From NCBI GenBank assembly GCA_001801465.1, contig MGXT01000014.1, forward strand, positions 73,234 to 137,233: a stretch of 64,000 nt of DNA. Reading direction: 5' to 3'. The DNA comes from Gammaproteobacteria bacterium RIFCSPHIGHO2_12_FULL_35_23 (GTDB lineage: Bacteria; Pseudomonadota; Gammaproteobacteria; UBA12402). Numbering within the stretch: the stretch's first letter is position 1; each line of letters opens with the position of its first letter. Both the position numbers and the translations under genes were made by a program. A model generated the notes under the pieces. It was not told the origin of the DNA, searched no databases, and saw only the letters and a program-made list of their open reading frames with translations. Shown piece after piece: positions 1 to 9,264 of the stretch.

Positions 1-88
1 TCCGTTAATGAAATTGCCTTACTATAGCGATAAGAATAATTGATCTCAAGTATATATTTTATTTAGTTTCAAAAAATACTTATTATGA

Positions 89-1297
89 TTAGCAAATTTT
101 TTCTAGAATAATATTGCCAATTGAATAACCAGCACCAAAAGAGCAAAGAACTCCTATGTCTCCTATTTTAAGGTCTTCATTGTATTTATGAAAAGCAATA
201 ATACAACCAGGTGAACTTGTATTGGCATAATCATTTAAAATACTTGGCACAAGCCTTTCGTCAGAGAAGTTGCCTAATAATTTTTCAGTTACTAAGCGAT
301 TGATATTAGCATTTGCTTGATGCAACCAAAATCGTTTAATCTCCTTGACGGCAATGTTATTTTCAGCCAAATGATTAGCAATAAGTTCAGCAACCATGGG
401 AATAATTTCTTTAAAAACCTTTCTACCCTGTTGCATAAAAAAATAATCTTTATTAAAAATATTGCTTGGTTGTTTAAAAACCTCTGACTCAGTTTTAGTT
501 AAAAATCCAAAATTATTGCGAATGTTATTAGAAAACTCTGTCTTAGTTTTCGTTGCAATAATTTTATATGCACTAGAGCTCTTACAAGTTTGTCCGGTTT
601 CAATAATAACAGCCGTACAGACATCCCCAAAAATAAAATGGCTATCTCTATCTTTAAAATTTAAGTGTGCACTACAAATTTCTGGCATTACTATCATAAC
701 TCGTTTTGCAATATCACTCTTAATAGTCGAATACGCTGTCTGTATTGCAAAAGTCGCTGAAGAGCAAGCAACGTTCATATCAAAAGCAAACCCACTAATC
801 CCTAATTCTTTTTGAACTTCAATCGCTATGGCAGGATAAGGTCTTTGCAAATTTGAACAAGCTACTATGACTGCATCAATTTCATTTGCAGCTAGATTGG
901 CTCTTATTAAAGCTTCTTTTGCAGCACAAACCGCCATCTCTGCTTGTAAAGATAATTCACTATCTGCACGCTTAGCTAAAATTGGCTGCATTATTTTAAT
1001 ATCCAAAATACTGGCTTTATTCATTACATAACGATTTTTTATACCTGAAGCCTTGAAAATAAACTCCTCATCTGATTCTTTTAAAGCTTCTATTTCATTA
1101 TTGGCAATTGCCTGTGCATGAGTTGCGTTAAATTCAGCCACATAGTGATTAAAAGAAGAAACTAATTCGGTATTTGTTATAGACTCTGGAGGAGTAAATA
1201 AACCTGTTCCAGTAATAAGAATTTCATTCATTGTTCCACTCTTTTTTAGCTCTATTTTGATTGATAAATAGTCAGGCTTAATGATCGAACGGCTCAT
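89..1297 (-). CDS. beta-ketoacyl-ACP synthase III family protein (long FabH-like form)
   Basis: KAS III catalytic triad context is present: NVACSSATFAI (Cys), WLHQANANINRLV (His), NTSSPGCIIAF (Asn). GAGYS lies near the C-terminus. The start may instead be Met23 (nt 1231, MNEILITGTG). Confidence 0.8.
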   Translation of the reverse strand: MSRSIIKPDYLSIKIELKKSGTMNEILITGTGLFTPPESITNTELVSSFNHYVAEFNATHAQAIANNEIEALKESDEEFIFKASGIKNRYVMNKASILDIKIMQPILAKRADSELSLQAEMAVCAAKEALIRANLAANEIDAVIVACSNLQRPYPAIAIEVQKELGISGFAFDMNVACSSATFAIQTAYSTIKSDIAKRVMIVMPEICSAHLNFKDRDSHFIFGDVCTAVIIETGQTCKSSSAYKIIATKTKTEFSNNIRNNFGFLTKTESEVFKQPSNIFNKDYFFMQQGRKVFKEIIPMVAELIANHLAENNIAVKEIKRFWLHQANANINRLVTEKLLGNFSDERLVPSILNDYANTSSPGCIIAFHKYNEDLKIGDIGVLCSFGAGYSIGNIILEKIC

Positions 1298-1328
1298 CGT
1301 AACAAGGTAAATCTAAATCAGCAAGCTT

Positions 1329-1952
1329 TTATTCAAAGGCAGAAACATCACCTTTTCCTTTTCGTATTATAACTGGCGTATCATTATAAAAATCTATAAC
1401 ACTCGTTAAAGATCTACTCCCAATTCCTCCATCAATAATAAGATCAACCCGCCCTTTAAGTCGCTGATAAATTAATTGGGGTTCCGCTAGAGGCTCTTTC
1501 TCATTGGATAGAATTAATGAAGTACTTAATAAAGGCTCACCTAATTCTATCAATAGTTGCTGCACAATTTCATTGTCAGGAATACGTAAACCTATTGATT
1601 TTCGTTTTGGATGTAATAGACGTTTGGGTACCTCATGAGTTGCTTTCAATAAAAAAGTATAAGGACCGGGAACATGCGCTTTTAATTGTCGAAAAACAGC
1701 CGTATCAGTAACTCGGGCATAGGTACCTAATTCTGACAAACTCTGGCAAATTAAAGTTAAGTAGTGTTTTTCATCAAGTTGACGAATTAGTTTAATTCTA
1801 GAAATAGCTTCTTTATTGCCTATACTGCAACCTAAAGCATAAGTTGAATCCGTAGGATAAACAATGACGCCACCTTGCTTTAAAACCAAAACAACTTCTT
1901 GCAGCAGTCGTTTTTGAGGATTATCAGGATGAATAGATAAAAATTTTGTCAT
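1329..1952 (-). CDS. yciO: L-threonylcarbamoyladenylate synthase family protein, YciO type
   Basis: Near-collinear with my memory of E. coli YciO: IHPDNPQ.RL, GGVIVYPTDS.YALGC, PGPYTF.LK, VPKRLL..KRK.IG.R.P, GEP.LSTSL, VDLII.GG, TSVID. Length is 207 aa. Confidence 0.9.
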   Translation of the reverse strand: MTKFLSIHPDNPQKRLLQEVVLVLKQGGVIVYPTDSTYALGCSIGNKEAISRIKLIRQLDEKHYLTLICQSLSELGTYARVTDTAVFRQLKAHVPGPYTFLLKATHEVPKRLLHPKRKSIGLRIPDNEIVQQLLIELGEPLLSTSLILSNEKEPLAEPQLIYQRLKGRVDLIIDGGIGSRSLTSVIDFYNDTPVIIRKGKGDVSAFE

Positions 1953-2049
1953 ATTTAGCCTCTAATAGCATTAAACCTGTATAATAACTAGATTAATAAA
2001 TAAATTTTTTATAAAGTATGCATTAATTTGTCAGGAAGGTTAATACACC

Positions 2050-2592
2050 ATGCAATTATTTTATGATTTTATTCCTATTATTGTCTTCTTTGTAGCCTAT
2101 AAGCTATGGGGAATTTATGTAGCTACTGCAACAGCCATCATTGCTTCTTTAATTCAGGTGTTAAATTATCGATGGCGCTATAAAAAATTTGAAAAAATGC
2201 AGGTTATTACCTTAGCTATTATTATAGTTTTTGGTGGTGCTACTTTAATTCTTCATAACCCTATTTTCATAAAATGGAAGCCCACTATTCTTAATTGGGC
2301 CTTTGGGATTATTTTCTTAATAAGTCATTTTTTTGGTAAAAAACCAATAATTCGTTATATGATGGAGGCTAAAGTAAATTTACCAACTATTGTTTGGAGT
2401 CGTTTAAATCTTAGCTGGGTTGTTTTTTTCTTAACAATGGGCTTTATAAATTTATTTATCATTTATAACTTTAGTACAGAAGTTTGGGTTTATTTTAAAT
2501 TATTTGGTATGCTTGGTTTAACCTTAGCTTTTGTCGTTATTCAAGCGGTTTATTTAGCGCGGCACGTTTCACCTGATCAAGTTAAGCTATAA
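2050..2592 (+). CDS. yciB: intracellular septation protein A (YciB)
   Basis: 180-aa polytopic membrane protein matching E. coli YciB motifs: DFIPIIVFF, FGGATL..HN..FIKWKPT, W.RLNL.WV.FF. Confidence 0.9.
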   Translation: MQLFYDFIPIIVFFVAYKLWGIYVATATAIIASLIQVLNYRWRYKKFEKMQVITLAIIIVFGGATLILHNPIFIKWKPTILNWAFGIIFLISHFFGKKPIIRYMMEAKVNLPTIVWSRLNLSWVVFFLTMGFINLFIIYNFSTEVWVYFKLFGMLGLTLAFVVIQAVYLARHVSPDQVKL

Positions 2593-2858
2593 TGATGCAT
2601 AATACGAAACGCATTGATTTAATACGTCAAAAATTACAAAATGCACTAAACCCAACCTTACTAGAAATTGCTGATGAAAGCTATTTACACAAAGGGCATA
2701 TAGGTGCCAAATCAGGTGCAGGACATTTTGCCTTAACTATTACGGCCTCTCAATTAAATAACCTTTCAAAAGTTGCAGCTCATCAGCTGATTTATTCTGC
2801 TTTAGCAGATATGATCCCTACAGAAATTCATGCTCTAAAAATTAAGATTCAATCTTGA
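2592..2858 (+). CDS. BolA family protein
   Basis: 88 aa with DESYLHKGH...GHF.L.I.S and HQLIYSAL...IHALKIK, typical of BolA/IbaG. Its start overlaps the yciB stop (ATAATG). Confidence 0.8.
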   Translation: MMHNTKRIDLIRQKLQNALNPTLLEIADESYLHKGHIGAKSGAGHFALTITASQLNNLSKVAAHQLIYSALADMIPTEIHALKIKIQS

Positions 2859-2867
2859 GGGTAGACT

Positions 2868-3323
2868 ATGATTATTTGTCCTTGTGGTTCAAATAAAACA
2901 TACGATCAATGCTGTGGCCCCTATATTACAAATCTTAAATCCGCACCCACTCCTGAAAGCCTAATGCGTTCACGTTATACAGCCTATACACAAGCAAACA
3001 TTGACTATATTCAACGAACCATGCAAGGTAAGGCAGCGTTAAACTATAATCCAGAGGCTGCAAAAGTCTGGGCAAAAAACGCTCTATGGTTGGGACTTAC
3101 CGTTATTGCTGCGCCAGAATTGACAACTCCAACCTTAGGGTGTGTTGAATTTTTTGCTAGATATCAACTACAAAAGCAGAAGTTTTTTATTCATGAAATA
3201 AGTGAATTTCACTTGCTCAATAATTGTTGGTATTATGTAAATGGGCAACAACAAACCCCTTTACGTAATAGTTTATGTCCTTGCCAATCTGGCAAAAAAC
3301 TTAAGCATTGTTGTGGCAAGTAA
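2868..3323 (+). CDS. ychJ: YchJ family protein (UPF0225) with two SEC-C zinc motifs
   Basis: N-terminal CPCGSNKTYDQCCG and C-terminal CPCQSGKKLKHCCGK flank an NTF2-like core. Length is 151 aa. Confidence 0.85.
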   Translation: MIICPCGSNKTYDQCCGPYITNLKSAPTPESLMRSRYTAYTQANIDYIQRTMQGKAALNYNPEAAKVWAKNALWLGLTVIAAPELTTPTLGCVEFFARYQLQKQKFFIHEISEFHLLNNCWYYVNGQQQTPLRNSLCPCQSGKKLKHCCGK

Positions 3324-3337
3324 AAAAAGGATATTTA

Positions 3338-4417
3338 ATGAAACAAAAAACCATTGTTTTAACTGGCGGTGGCAGTGCTGGGCACGTTACTCCTAATATT
3401 GCACTAATTGAAAAACTTCGTGAGCAAAGCTGGCAAACTATTTATATAGGCAGCAAAGCTGGAATTGAACACCAATTAATTAAGCCTTTAGACATTGATT
3501 ATTATTCAATTCCTGTCGGCAAACTAAGACGATATTTTAGTTGGCAAAATTTTCTTGATCCCTTTAAAGTTGGTTTAGGTATAGTAAAATGCTGTTATCT
3601 TTGTTTTAAATTAAAACCACAGGTTGTCTTTTCAAAAGGAGGATTTGTTGCCTTACCTGTCGTGATAGGTGCATGGGTAAATAAAATACCTATAATTGTC
3701 CACGAATCGGATTTAACACCGGGATTGGCTAATAAGCTTTGTTTTCCTTTTGCAAAAATAATTTGTATAACCTTTGCTGAAACTAAAAGTTACCTAAAAT
3801 ATCCTCAAAAAGCTGTCTTAACAGGTAGTCCCATACGCCCGCATCTACTCCAAGGTGATAAGCAGCGTGGCCTTACCTTTGCTAAGCTTTCTACAGACAA
3901 ACCTGTTTTACTAATTATCTGCGGAAGTTTAGGCTCTAAATTAATTAATGAAATTATTCGATCTGCCTTAAATGAGTTATTAAAATACTTTGCTATTATT
4001 CATATTTGTGGCAAAGGTAACATAGATCAATCCTTAAATAATAACTCGAACTATCGTCAGTACGAATATATTAGTGATGAATTAGGAGATATTTTTGCCT
4101 GTAGCGATCTTGTTATTTCTAGATCTGGTGCTAATACTTTATATGAATTACTAACATTACAGAAACCACATATCTTAATTCCACTCTCTAAATTGGCGAG
4201 TCGAGGAGATCAAATTGTTAATGCAAACTATTTTAAAAAAATAGGCATGAGTATAGTATTGACTGAAGAAAACTTAAATCCTCAAACGTTACTTGAGACT
4301 GTCAATAACACCTACATGAATTTAGGCACTATTCAAAATAAACTTAAAGAATTTAAAAATTTAGACTCTATTAATATTATTTATCAAACTCTCACTAATC
4401 TTGTTAAATACTATTAA
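3338..4417 (+). CDS. MurG-type glycosyltransferase (GT28), Firmicute-like variant, located outside a dcw cluster
   Basis: Motifs present: TGGGSAGHVTPN, GKLRRYFSWQNFLDPFKVG.GI, FSKGGFVALP, HESDLTPGLANK, SRSGANT..ELL, SRGDQI.NA.YF.K.G. Start chosen at the ATG preceded by AAAGGA (3338), not the track start 3308. Confidence 0.8.
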   Translation: MKQKTIVLTGGGSAGHVTPNIALIEKLREQSWQTIYIGSKAGIEHQLIKPLDIDYYSIPVGKLRRYFSWQNFLDPFKVGLGIVKCCYLCFKLKPQVVFSKGGFVALPVVIGAWVNKIPIIVHESDLTPGLANKLCFPFAKIICITFAETKSYLKYPQKAVLTGSPIRPHLLQGDKQRGLTFAKLSTDKPVLLIICGSLGSKLINEIIRSALNELLKYFAIIHICGKGNIDQSLNNNSNYRQYEYISDELGDIFACSDLVISRSGANTLYELLTLQKPHILIPLSKLASRGDQIVNANYFKKIGMSIVLTEENLNPQTLLETVNNTYMNLGTIQNKLKEFKNLDSINIIYQTLTNLVKYY

Positions 4418-4447
4418 TGTTTATAGTTTAGTACACTTTATTTATTA

Positions 4448-5920
4448 CTAGGCATCACTTTCGGTAATAATACGCTTCAAATAAGGAACTAACAGTGCTG
4501 CAATACAGCCAACGACCACTGTTATGCCACCGAATAAAGCAAAAGCATGACTATAAAGCTGATCAGTCACAATAGGTAAGTTAGACTGTGGAGAACTTGT
4601 CATATCAGCCATATATTGCGACAAGGCGCCTGCAACTCCTGTAGCCAATTGCCAAATTCCCATCATCAGGCCTTCAAATTTCGGCGGCACTAATTCTCCT
4701 ACCATTGCATAACCAATAGGTCCTACAAATAACTCACCAAAGGTTTGCAAAAAATAACTCAAGACTATCCACCAAGAACTAATATAACCTGCTTGATTAT
4801 GAGTAGAAATGGCCAATATCAAAACTAAGTAGCCAAGCCCCATAAAAGTAACCCCTAAAGCAAATTTTCCTGGTGTTGAAAAATTTTTACCACGTTGATT
4901 CATCGACATCCAAAATAAAGTTAACAGTGGACCTAGGGTAATAATAAACAATGGATTAAGCGCAGAGTAAGAAGCCGCTGGAATAACATAAGAAAAAAAC
5001 TGACGGTTAACATTGTCAGCAATAAAAATAGTTAACGCTGAAGGTGCAATACTATAAAGCGACCAAAACGCTACAGAAATAATCGTCAATATTAAAAAGG
5101 CCATTAGCTTTTTTCGGGAGTGTGTCGATTCTTGCCTAGCAATATAGATAACTAATGCGACACTAAATAGTCCTAATACTAACATTAAAATATTACTTAA
5201 ATTTGCAAAATTTAATAAGGCTGCCGTTAAAGGAATTGAAACTAAAATCAAAAAAACACCCGTTATTTTAGAACTATGAGATCTTATAATTTTTCCTGGA
5301 GTTGCTTTAACATCATACTTTCTACTAAATCTATCCTGATAGATTAAAAAAACAATTAAAGTTAAAAATGTAAAGATGCCGCCAATAATAAACGTTGCGC
5401 CGTAGCCTAGATCATTTGCTAAGTAGCCTGATAAAGCTGCCGCAAAAAAACTTCCTACATTCATACCTATATAGGCAAGGGTAAATCCGCTATCACGTCT
5501 TGGGTCATTACTACCAAAAATACGCCCTAACAAAACAAACATGCAAGGCACCATAATACCTGTTGCAATAGTAAAAAAAGCAAGCCCCCAATAAAGTGCC
5601 ATAACACTGGGGATACCCATGATAAACAGCCCTAATCCTGCCAAAACAATACTGAGAATAACTGCATGACGATACCCTAAATATTTTTCTCCCAAATACC
5701 CACCAAAAACTGAGGTTGCAAAAACTAAGGCGTTATAAGCCGCAGAAAGCGCATAGGCCTTGTCATCTGACATACCTAGCTGCCTAGTACAATATAAAAC
5801 AAGCAGAGACAGGATTAAGCTAAAACCAACCATGCTAAGCAATTGTAAAAATGACATGATAAATACCCCAGCAGGATATTTATTTTGATTCATTGCTACA
5901 GATATGCTTTTTTTAGTCAT
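4448..5920 (-). CDS. proton-dependent oligopeptide transporter (POT/PTR2 family, DtpA-like)
   Basis: About 490 aa with 14 predicted TM segments. Shows GGYLGEKYLGYR and FYMGINVGSF-like (AYIGMNVGSFFA) POT motifs. Start set at ATG 5920, preceded by AGGAAA. Confidence 0.85.
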   Translation of the reverse strand: MTKKSISVAMNQNKYPAGVFIMSFLQLLSMVGFSLILSLLVLYCTRQLGMSDDKAYALSAAYNALVFATSVFGGYLGEKYLGYRHAVILSIVLAGLGLFIMGIPSVMALYWGLAFFTIATGIMVPCMFVLLGRIFGSNDPRRDSGFTLAYIGMNVGSFFAAALSGYLANDLGYGATFIIGGIFTFLTLIVFLIYQDRFSRKYDVKATPGKIIRSHSSKITGVFLILVSIPLTAALLNFANLSNILMLVLGLFSVALVIYIARQESTHSRKKLMAFLILTIISVAFWSLYSIAPSALTIFIADNVNRQFFSYVIPAASYSALNPLFIITLGPLLTLFWMSMNQRGKNFSTPGKFALGVTFMGLGYLVLILAISTHNQAGYISSWWIVLSYFLQTFGELFVGPIGYAMVGELVPPKFEGLMMGIWQLATGVAGALSQYMADMTSSPQSNLPIVTDQLYSHAFALFGGITVVVGCIAALLVPYLKRIITESDA

Positions 5921-6162
5921 TATTTTTCCTAATGCATTAATATTTAGCACTTTTTTACATAACTAGAGAAAATCTACTGCAGGATTAATTTTATATGCTC
6001 AGCAGCATATATTTGGAGCAATTTTGATCATCAACTAATTTCTTGTACTAATTCTTATCGAAAAGATAATATTGTTTAATAGTGATTGCAAGTCCTTGTT
6101 TAATTATTATTGCAGACAGAATCATTCTCCTTTACTCTTACTGATTTAAATTAGTACAAATT

Positions 6163-6954
6163 ATGAAAATACCCTTTTATCATGTTGACGCATTTGCAGC
6201 TGGACCTTTTATGGGCAACCCAGCAACCGTTTGTTTGTTGCCAAAGTGGTTAGATGAAGCAACTTTACAAGCTATTGCAGCAGAATTCAATTTACGAGCC
6301 ACTGCTTTTGTAGTGAAAAGTGCCGCTTCACATTATGAAATTCGCTGGTTTGATGCACATTCAGAAAAATCAAGTTGTGGTCACGCTACTTTAGCTGCAG
6401 CCCATATACTTTTAAATGAACTTAAAATAGAACAAAATATTATTAAATTTGTCAATTTTACTAATGAAATCACTGTTAACAAACAGGGCGCTGAAATAAG
6501 CTTAACCGCTAAAGCTATTGAAATGCGCTTCTCTCCTGCCCCTAAATTATTAAGTCAAACACTTAATATAATTGTTAAAGAAGCTTATCAAACTAATGAA
6601 CAAACTATTTTAATTATTGATGATCCACAACGAATCAAAGAATTGACGCCTAGTTTTCATAAATTAGTTGATTTCGATAAGCGAGCTTTTATCGTTACAG
6701 CAGCCAGTAAAAAAGCTGATTTTGTATTTCGTTATTTCACTCCCAATGCAATCTTCAAAGAAGATCCAATTACTGGCACAGCACTTTATATTTTAACGCC
6801 TTATTGGGCAAAAAAGTTGAATAAACAAAAATTATTAGCAGAACAACTTTCAGCAAGAGGAAACCTTATTCCTACCGAATTTAACAAAAATTTAGTCACC
6901 ATAAAAGGCCAAGCCTATCTTTTTGCAGAAGGTAAGTTTAACATTCCTGACTAG
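6163..6954 (+). CDS. PhzF family isomerase-like protein
   Basis: N-terminus is typical of PhzF/YddE: MKIPFYHVDAF...GNPATVCLL. Also RWF....E...CGHATLAAAH. Length is 263 aa. Confidence 0.85.
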   Translation: MKIPFYHVDAFAAGPFMGNPATVCLLPKWLDEATLQAIAAEFNLRATAFVVKSAASHYEIRWFDAHSEKSSCGHATLAAAHILLNELKIEQNIIKFVNFTNEITVNKQGAEISLTAKAIEMRFSPAPKLLSQTLNIIVKEAYQTNEQTILIIDDPQRIKELTPSFHKLVDFDKRAFIVTAASKKADFVFRYFTPNAIFKEDPITGTALYILTPYWAKKLNKQKLLAEQLSARGNLIPTEFNKNLVTIKGQAYLFAEGKFNIPD

Positions 6955-6999
6955 CGCATTATTAGTTTAATCAAACGATTTTTTTAATAAAAACTACTC

Positions 7000-8451
7000 T
7001 TATTTTCCCGTCCCTGCTCCTGCACTTATTGCAGCGCCAACTGAGGCTGCAGCCGCCTCTTCTTGAGCTAAACTTTGCAATCTTGCCCGCAATCCAGTTA
7101 AAACTTCTTTCAAAGATAAACGTCTTATACTAGTCGATGTAGGAAAAGCCACTCCTGAAACAGAGAGCTTAGGCGTTCCTTTTGCAGCTGCATAAAGATC
7201 TGCAGCAACTCGCCAGGCCCCAGCAGCAAAGCTCATTGCCCCAGTAACAGCATGAACACCCGCTTGTGCAGAAGTAGAATGCTCAACCTCAAGTACAGTG
7301 TTTTTAAATAAAATAGCATCAATGCTTGTCGCAAGCTGAATTCTCCAAAACTCTAAATTTATTTGATCTGCTTTATTTTGCATAAAATAAAGCATTAAGT
7401 TATGGTTAATACTTTCAAGGAGTATTGTTTGTTTAAACCCAAATTTAACCCCACCATCGCCAAGCCTTGCATCAGCCGTTCTTTCTACTGACGTTTTCCA
7501 AAGCTTAGCTGCTCGAGCTACTAATAAATAGCTACGTAATATCCCATCAATAAAAAGCCACAACGGATGAGCCTCTATATCTTTCTTAGAGAGTTCTACT
7601 AAACCTAAAAGCCCCGGTACAGTCACTGTAAGCCGATCACATCCTGCAACATATCTACCAATAACACTTACCATGGTTGAGGCAACCATATTAAATTTTT
7701 CATAAAGGCCAATGCCTGCCCCTACTTTAGCACTTTCTTCATTAGCGCTTGTCAATAGCTCAGCTAATTTAGCAAGGACTAAAGCTGAAAACTCCAGCCA
7801 ATTATTATAAGTAGTTTCTCTAATAAAAGTTAAAATCTCATAAGCAAGGGCTGACTTAGCTGCTCTTAACGCGCCATCATCTAAAGGAGTTAAGGGACGT
7901 TCTTGATATAAATTATAAATTAGCTCAAAAATATCAAGAAGCAAAAGCTTAGGATAAGGTGTATCAGCTGACAATGAATTACTTAAGCTAATAGGCGCTA
8001 CAGGAGCAACGAACGCAGCTCTCAATAAGAAACTAGAAGGCGCTCCTCCTTCGCCTCCACCAGAACTACCTCGTGTTAAACTATGATCATCTTCTTTGAC
8101 CCCGCCAACTCCACCCGCTGACAAAGCTAACATTACACTTTTAGTCCCAATCCCTGGGCTTGCAGCAGCAGCTCCTACTCCACTTGCTACAGCGCCATCT
8201 CCCTCAAGTACTACGTGAACTAAATCAGCATCTACCACCCCTCCTTCCTCCTCTCTTTCGCCACCAGCTGCAGGTGTTGCTAAAGCAGGGGCAGGGGCAA
8301 GTCTAGCGCTAATAGCTCCCACTACAGCAACCCCTCCTGTTCTTCTCTCTTTTGTACTTGACTCATCTATCTCTCCTCCTGTTGGTACTAAAGGTGACAT
8401 TGGAGCGGCGGGTTTAGATTTTTTATCAGCAGCTTTTTTTTTGGGCGGCAT
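7000..8451 (-). CDS. hypothetical protein with basic PPKKK N-terminus, G/A/P-rich disordered region and helical C-terminal domain (effector candidate)
   Basis: Long uninterrupted ORF with no family motif I recognise. The track start at 8463 is GTG. ATG at 8451 (MPPKKK) is preceded by GAGTGAG. A TATAAT hexamer lies in the 77-bp upstream gap. Confidence 0.6.
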   Translation of the reverse strand: MPPKKKAADKKSKPAAPMSPLVPTGGEIDESSTKERRTGGVAVVGAISARLAPAPALATPAAGGEREEEGGVVDADLVHVVLEGDGAVASGVGAAAASPGIGTKSVMLALSAGGVGGVKEDDHSLTRGSSGGGEGGAPSSFLLRAAFVAPVAPISLSNSLSADTPYPKLLLLDIFELIYNLYQERPLTPLDDGALRAAKSALAYEILTFIRETTYNNWLEFSALVLAKLAELLTSANEESAKVGAGIGLYEKFNMVASTMVSVIGRYVAGCDRLTVTVPGLLGLVELSKKDIEAHPLWLFIDGILRSYLLVARAAKLWKTSVERTADARLGDGGVKFGFKQTILLESINHNLMLYFMQNKADQINLEFWRIQLATSIDAILFKNTVLEVEHSTSAQAGVHAVTGAMSFAAGAWRVAADLYAAAKGTPKLSVSGVAFPTSTSIRRLSLKEVLTGLRARLQSLAQEEAAAASVGAAISAGAGTGK

Positions 8452-8540
8452 TGTTATTCTCACTCTTATTTAATTATAATTGCCGAAAATAAGAACAGAT
8501 TTTAATTTAAACTGCAAGAAATTTTTAAAGCTAAACCCAA

Positions 8541-9263
8541 TTAATATTGATAAAAAAATATTTTATTTAAAGAATTTTTCCGACAAATTGCTGCCTGATA
8601 ATTAACTATGGGCTGAAAATTTTCAATTATCCAGTTTGCTGCTGCAATATTTTCATTTTTATAAATTTTCACAGTTTCTTTGATTGCTGCTAAATAATTT
8701 ACTTCAAAATCTTGTAAAGGAAACGATAGACCCTCACCAACCGCTTTAATAAAAGCTTCTTTTTTTGTCCAAATTTTATAAAAAGCTTGACGCAAAACAT
8801 CTTCCGTTAGGGTTTGCAATGCTTTAGCTTCATGGGCCGCAAAAAACCGCTTAGCAAGATCATAATATTCAACAACTCTTGTCTCATCCTCAACATCTAT
8901 TCCAATCGACTCTTGATAAGTTACTGCATATAAAATTATATTATTTGAGTGAGTAACATTGAATTGAAGGTCAGGAAAATTTTCTAAATATAATTTTCCC
9001 TGTTGAGCAGCTGTAAACCTAAATTTAGTGGCCGGTATAGCAACATAATGAGAAAGAATAATTCTTAAATAAGCTCTTGCAATAATACATTGCTGCCTGT
9101 CTTTATCAAATTTAAATTTATTTGCACGCGTCTGCTCTTCTGGTGTTAATAATTGATATAATTTTGCAATTTCAGACAAATGTTTTGCAACATCTATATA
9201 CCAAATATGCGTGTCATCTGCTTGTAGTGTAGTCTTTGCTGTAGCTAGTAACCAATCAATCAT
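8541..9263 (-). CDS. 4'-phosphopantetheinyl transferase (Sfp type)
   Basis: Shows GIDVE and WTKKEAFIKAVGEGLS motifs. Length is 240 aa. Confidence 0.8.
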   Translation of the reverse strand: MIDWLLATAKTTLQADDTHIWYIDVAKHLSEIAKLYQLLTPEEQTRANKFKFDKDRQQCIIARAYLRIILSHYVAIPATKFRFTAAQQGKLYLENFPDLQFNVTHSNNIILYAVTYQESIGIDVEDETRVVEYYDLAKRFFAAHEAKALQTLTEDVLRQAFYKIWTKKEAFIKAVGEGLSFPLQDFEVNYLAAIKETVKIYKNENIAAANWIIENFQPIVNYQAAICRKNSLNKIFFYQY

Positions 9264-9264
9264 A

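Noticed and set aside
5993-6010. Inverted repeat ATATGCT-CAGC-AGCATAT in the POT/phzF divergent intergenic region, a possible operator.
   Set aside because: The arms are only 7 bp in an AT-rich context. There is no second copy in the window and no adjacent regulator gene. That is too little evidence to call a binding site.
8511-8530. TGCAAGAAATTTTTAAAG, a partial resemblance to a GacA/LetA box (TGTAAG-N6-CTTACA, or TNAGAAATTTCTNA in Legionella). It could mark an RsmY/Z-like sRNA promoter.
   Set aside because: Only one half-site is convincing. The 77-bp gap is too short for an sRNA gene plus the promoter of the 487-aa ORF. No GGA-rich hairpin region follows.
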